Source: Candidatus Woesearchaeota archaeon (lineage in GTDB: Archaea > Nanobdellota > Nanobdellia > Woesearchaeales > JAGWAF01). Taken from it: DNA of 49,809 nucleotides. The translations under genes and the position numbers were made by a program. The DNA lies in contig JAGVYP010000019.1 in the NCBI GenBank assembly GCA_018303205.1, forward strand, positions 1 to 49,809. Direction: 5' to 3'. Shown here in pieces: positions 46,264 to 49,809 of this stretch (position 1 is its first letter; each line of letters begins with the position of its first letter). The notes under the pieces were generated by a model that had not been told where the DNA came from, did no database searches, and saw only the letters and a list, made by a program, of their open reading frames with translations.

Positions 46264-47067
46264 TTAGAAAAGCTGTACTTCTATAATAGCAGCTATCGTA
46301 ACAAGAACCAAGCCTAAAACAAGAAATATAAGGCCATCAGTAATAATATGATGAAACTTCTCTGAAAACAAGTCTTCCCTTAAAACTGCCTTGGAAACAA
46401 CACCACCCACAATAGCAGCTGAAAAATAGCTTAATGCCTCTGTAACCATATGCGGCAAGACAGGAATGATCGTTGCTCCAAAATAATACAAAGCATTACC
46501 TGAAGCAGCAAAAGCAGATTGCTGAGCAACATACCCAAAAATAGTACCCCAAACAGAAGCGTTCCACACAATAAAAAGAATAGAACCAGCACCATACACA
46601 AAAGACAAGACAAGACAAACAAAAAGCACTTTGATATTATTGAGAAGAATACTCCATAAAATATCACTCTGAAAAGCCTGCCCTGCAAAACCACCCACAG
46701 CTAATTGAGTAGAAAAGAGATGAAACACAGAAGCTTCAGGCATCAACAACGCTAACAAAGCATATGTCATAAAAATACCCATAAAAAGAAAAAAGTAAAT
46801 ACCAAAAATATCCTTATGATCTAAAAAAAGCATTTTCAACGATAATTTTTTTTCCCTAATCTCAACGTTTTCTTCATCAAGAAGAAGACGATTCAAAGAA
46901 GGAATTAACAAGACAGAAGTAAAAGCGACAGTCATCATACTCGGATTTTTCCCAAAAATAAGACGCGCACTGATAATACCAAGAATAGAATAACACACAC
47001 CAAGAAGAAAAGCATACCGTGGCTTTCTCTCAATCCAATCTGTCCTAAATAATTGTTCAAATACCAT
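46264..47067 (-). CDS. SpoIIM (DUF95) family membrane protein
   Basis: ILLNNIKV, WNASVWG, LPH.V.E..SYF.AA..GG, AA.IE. Confidence 0.82.
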   Translation of the reverse strand: MVFEQLFRTDWIERKPRYAFLLGVCYSILGIISARLIFGKNPSMMTVAFTSVLLIPSLNRLLLDEENVEIREKKLSLKMLFLDHKDIFGIYFFLFMGIFMTYALLALLMPEASVFHLFSTQLAVGGFAGQAFQSDILWSILLNNIKVLFVCLVLSFVYGAGSILFIVWNASVWGTIFGYVAQQSAFAASGNALYYFGATIIPVLPHMVTEALSYFSAAIVGGVVSKAVLREDLFSEKFHHIITDGLIFLVLGLVLVTIAAIIEVQLF

Positions 47068-47429
47068 TATCGTTTTGTTTTTTTACTTTTTTGATCAAGA
47101 ACATGGGATACTACCTTTTCTGCGCGTTTAACTACTCTTTTTGCTGTGCGCTTTACAACAGATTTTCCCAGATGAGCGACTGAACGAACAACAGGCATTG
47201 CACGTTTTTTTACACCCTTAACTTCTTCACGAAGGAACGTATGCACCTGTTTTTTCTCTTGCTTTATTTCCTCAAGTACCATACGCTTTAACTGCTTTGC
47301 CTCTGCAGAAGTAAGAACCCCTGACAAGCTCAGAGCTTTGATTTCCTTCATCACTTCTTGTTCTGTAACATGAGCAAGTTGTTTTCCTCTAGACAAGAGG
47401 GAAATGAGATAATTGCGCAAACGCTCCAT
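47067..47429 (-). CDS. Basic phasin-like hypothetical protein
   Basis: Amphipathic helices (G.LT..EAK) and a K/R-rich tail. Lies downstream of the UbiB/AarF gene, a known gene pairing. Confidence 0.5.
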   Translation of the reverse strand: MERLRNYLISLLSRGKQLAHVTEQEVMKEIKALSLSGVLTSAEAKQLKRMVLEEIKQEKKQVHTFLREEVKGVKKRAMPVVRSVAHLGKSVVKRTAKRVVKRAEKVVSHVLDQKSKKTKR

Positions 47430-47460
47430 ATCCCTTTTCCAGAAGATAAGATATAAAAAT

Positions 47461-49146
47461 CTATCGCAACTTACTCCATCTACCTTCTTTAAAAATAGAA
47501 AGGATCAGAAACAAACTAATGATGCTCGCTCCGCTGAAACAAAGAAGTGCAAAAAGAGGCATGCCCCATAGATAAGGTTCTATGTCTGTTTGCATCAACA
47601 ATGCTCCTCCCACAATAAGACTTGCAATGATCATAGAAAAAGCAAGCCTGTTACTACTTCTATCCATTTCTTGAGTAAGATGGGTAACTTCTTCTTTTGC
47701 AACAGCAACATTCAACTTTCCCTTTTGAATCGTATCAAGTACACTCAACATCTCTCGAGGAACAGCTTTCAAAGTATCTTTCAATTGAAGTGCTTCCTTG
47801 AGCAAATGCTGTGGTTGCACACTCTTCTTGATTTTTTGTTTTAAAAATTGCGTAAGATAAGGCTTTGCAATGCTCACAAAATCAAAATCAGGATCAAGCT
47901 GGGCACAGGTTGCTTCTACGGTTACTAAAGCTTTACCTAACAAAATCATGTCAACAGGCAAGCTTACATGACGAGCAAGACATGCATCAAAAAGATGATG
48001 CAACATGGAAGTAACACGCACTTCAGAAAGCGTAGTTCCATACCAACGCATGAGAATGTCATGAGCATCACGCTTTAATGCTTCAAGATCAGTATCTTCA
48101 TGCACTTCTCCCATACGCACCAAAGCATTCACAACACCTTGCACATCCTTTTCAAGAAGAGCTAAAAAAAGATCAATGCCTTTTGAGCGCAATTCCGCAT
48201 CTAAACTTCCTACAATGCCAAAGTCAAGAAGAGCAATTTTCCCCTTAGGCAAAATAAGAATGTTTCCCGGATGCAAGTCTGCATGAAACACGTCAGATGC
48301 AAAAACTTGCTGCAATGCAGTTTCCACAAGCTGCTGCGCAATCTGCTTTCTCGGAAAAACCGTTTTTGAAGCAAGTAAATCTGACAGCTTTTTTCCTTCC
48401 ACGTGTTCCATCACTAAAATAGAAGTCGTTGATAAGGAACTATACACTCTGGGAATTTTGATAAGAGGAGCATGCTGAAAAGCAAGACCAAAGAGTTCCA
48501 GATTTCTTCGTTCAAAACGATAATCTAACTCTTTTTTTGTATAACGCTCAAACTCCTGCAGGATAATAAGGGGAGAAAAGTTTTCATAATGATAATACTT
48601 ATCTAATTTTCCAAAAAGATAATAGAGAATATCAATATCCTCTGCAAAGATCTCCTGAATATGGGGGCGTTGCACTTTTACTACGACTTGAGTTCCCTCA
48701 TGTAAGGTTGCACGATGCACTTGACCTACCGAAGCGCTGCCGAGAGGCTTTTCTTCAAAAGAAGAAAAAACTTCTTTGAGTGGTTTTCCTAATTCTTTTT
48801 CAACAGATTGTTTTGCTTCTGAAAAAGGAAAAGAAGGAACCTGATCTTGGAGTTTACTAAACTCTTTACAATACGCAAGAGGAACCAAGTCAGGGCGTAT
48901 GCTCAACAATTGTCCAAGCTTAATGTACGCCCCCCCTAATTTCTCCATAGACCTACGCAAGCGCACTTCAAGAGGAATGTAATCCTTCTGAGTAAACTGG
49001 TAGAGCTGAATATTTTTATGAAGAGGAAGATGCCAACGCAGTTTCATTTTATCAACAAAGTATCCAAGACCTTCATTCACAAGAACAAGAACTACTTCGC
49101 GTATCCTTTCTGCATCACGAAAAGTATTGCGAAGATGTGATTTCAT
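47461..49146 (-). CDS. AarF/ABC1/UbiB family atypical kinase
   Basis: LGGAYIKLGQLLSIRPDL, LQD.VP, GSASVGQVHRA, VVKVQRP, ELDY..E, FHADLHPGN, LLDFGIVG and two C-terminal TMs. Starts at MKSH. Confidence 0.93.
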   Translation of the reverse strand: MKSHLRNTFRDAERIREVVLVLVNEGLGYFVDKMKLRWHLPLHKNIQLYQFTQKDYIPLEVRLRRSMEKLGGAYIKLGQLLSIRPDLVPLAYCKEFSKLQDQVPSFPFSEAKQSVEKELGKPLKEVFSSFEEKPLGSASVGQVHRATLHEGTQVVVKVQRPHIQEIFAEDIDILYYLFGKLDKYYHYENFSPLIILQEFERYTKKELDYRFERRNLELFGLAFQHAPLIKIPRVYSSLSTTSILVMEHVEGKKLSDLLASKTVFPRKQIAQQLVETALQQVFASDVFHADLHPGNILILPKGKIALLDFGIVGSLDAELRSKGIDLFLALLEKDVQGVVNALVRMGEVHEDTDLEALKRDAHDILMRWYGTTLSEVRVTSMLHHLFDACLARHVSLPVDMILLGKALVTVEATCAQLDPDFDFVSIAKPYLTQFLKQKIKKSVQPQHLLKEALQLKDTLKAVPREMLSVLDTIQKGKLNVAVAKEEVTHLTQEMDRSSNRLAFSMIIASLIVGGALLMQTDIEPYLWGMPLFALLCFSGASIISLFLILSIFKEGRWSKLR

Positions 49147-49255
49147 AGATTCCTCTTTTTCTCTCTTCTCACGAATGTTCTTTATAAATGTTGTGTTCAA
49201 AAAAAATGAAAGAAAAAAGGAGGACAAAAGAGGAGAAAAGTAGTGTTTACTATCA

Positions 49256-49383
49256 TGAAGCGTTACCGTCCTCAGGTCGAGCTTCTGAGACAAGATGAAG
49301 AAACACTGACAAGAGGGTTGTCTCATCCGGAGAATGTCAGTTATAGACGAAAATATTGCAAGCGAGAAGACGGTACCGCTTCA
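49256..49383 (+). repeat. Family B element, copy B5
   Basis: 15-bp stem with 1 mismatch, TGAAGCGTTACCGTC/GACGGTACCGCTTCA. CTCAGGTCGA-GCTT...AAGC-GAGAA, inner CTGACA/TGTCAG enclosing AGAGGGTTG-TCTC/GAGA. Confidence 0.85.
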
Positions 49384-49471
49384 GAAAAATAAATGAGGTA
49401 TACTTTAAGATGAAAAGAAAAATATTCATAAAAAAGATACTTTTTTAATTAATACCCTCCTTGATTTTGCC

Positions 49472-49809
49472 ATGGACAAAAAAGAAGAAAAAATATGGGG
49501 AATAGTATTAGGAGCAATTGTACTATTTATTTTACTTTTTCTCATTTCTTTTGTTTTTCCAGAAGAAATAACACAACAAATACAGAAACAGATGATTCCT
49601 CTAGGACTCTTACTCGTAGGTGGAACATTTATAGGTGTATCCGTATATGGCTTAAAAACAGGAAAAACATTTCTTCCTCCGGCAAAAGGTATAAAAGCGA
49701 TATCTTTTATTATGACCCATACACCTGATCAGCCATTGAGTAAAGAGATTGACAGAAAAAAACAACCAGGAAAATATCAATCTTATATTTTTTATTATCT
49801 TATGATGGG
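49472..49809 (+). CDS. Membrane hypothetical protein, truncated by the window end
   Basis: Manual translation MDKKEEKIWGIVLGAIVLFILLFLISFVFPEE... stays open to the end of the window. It is absent from the ORF track because it has no stop. Confidence 0.7.
   Translation, partial: MDKKEEKIWGIVLGAIVLFILLFLISFVFPEEITQQIQKQMIPLGLLLVGGTFIGVSVYGLKTGKTFLPPAKGIKAISFIMTHTPDQPLSKEIDRKKQPGKYQSYIFYYLMM

Noticed and set aside
49147-49326. 60-aa N-terminal extension of the UbiB kinase
   Set aside because: It runs through repeat B5 and low-complexity spacer. The start at 49146 has its own TATA box upstream.
647-49383. CRISPR array
   Set aside because: The repeats are dispersed single copies, not regularly spaced direct repeats with unique spacers. 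No cas genes are present.
209-49728. Numerous short antisense or overlapping ORFs in the six-frame track (e.g. 209..514, 14436..14852, 18067..18435, 32286..32708, 49495..49728)
   Set aside because: They are shadows of well-supported genes on the other strand or frame, with F/S/L-rich composition and no motifs or RBS.

Overview
An AT-rich, gene-dense archaeal chromosome segment, most likely DPANN/Nanobdellota (Woesearchaeota-like). The taxonomy is inferred from BRE-TATA promoters, GAGGTG ribosome-binding sites, TrmB/Lrp/HTH_10 regulators, NucS, translin and an archaeal-type AsnRS, mixed with many bacterial-type genes. Housekeeping content includes bacterial-type aspS and tgt next to asnS, and a folate/thymidylate block (thyA, folA, glyA, yggS, folP, folC, tmk, dut). 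There is also an AAA+/vWA pair, a UbiB/AarF kinase, transporters, a DUF4258/DUF2283 toxin-antitoxin patch and two pseudogenes. The most unusual content is non-coding. Two dispersed intergenic families, each in about 5 copies (A, about 100 nt; B, about 125 nt), have freely co-varying stems but conserved unpaired motifs. A third family (C) is built from modular hairpins. The families nest inside each other, and one nested stack sits between a 32-bp duplication of a gene's 5' end, which suggests mobile structured RNA or ssDNA elements. Other highlights are an operon divergent from an Lrp gene that encodes two apparent pseudo-enzymes (HDAC fold and NadE fold), a promoter-bearing pair of unannotated micro-ORFs, and a symmetric bidirectional promoter. 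I saw no rRNA, tRNA, CRISPR array or transposase. All protein calls come from motif recognition by eye, not from database searches.
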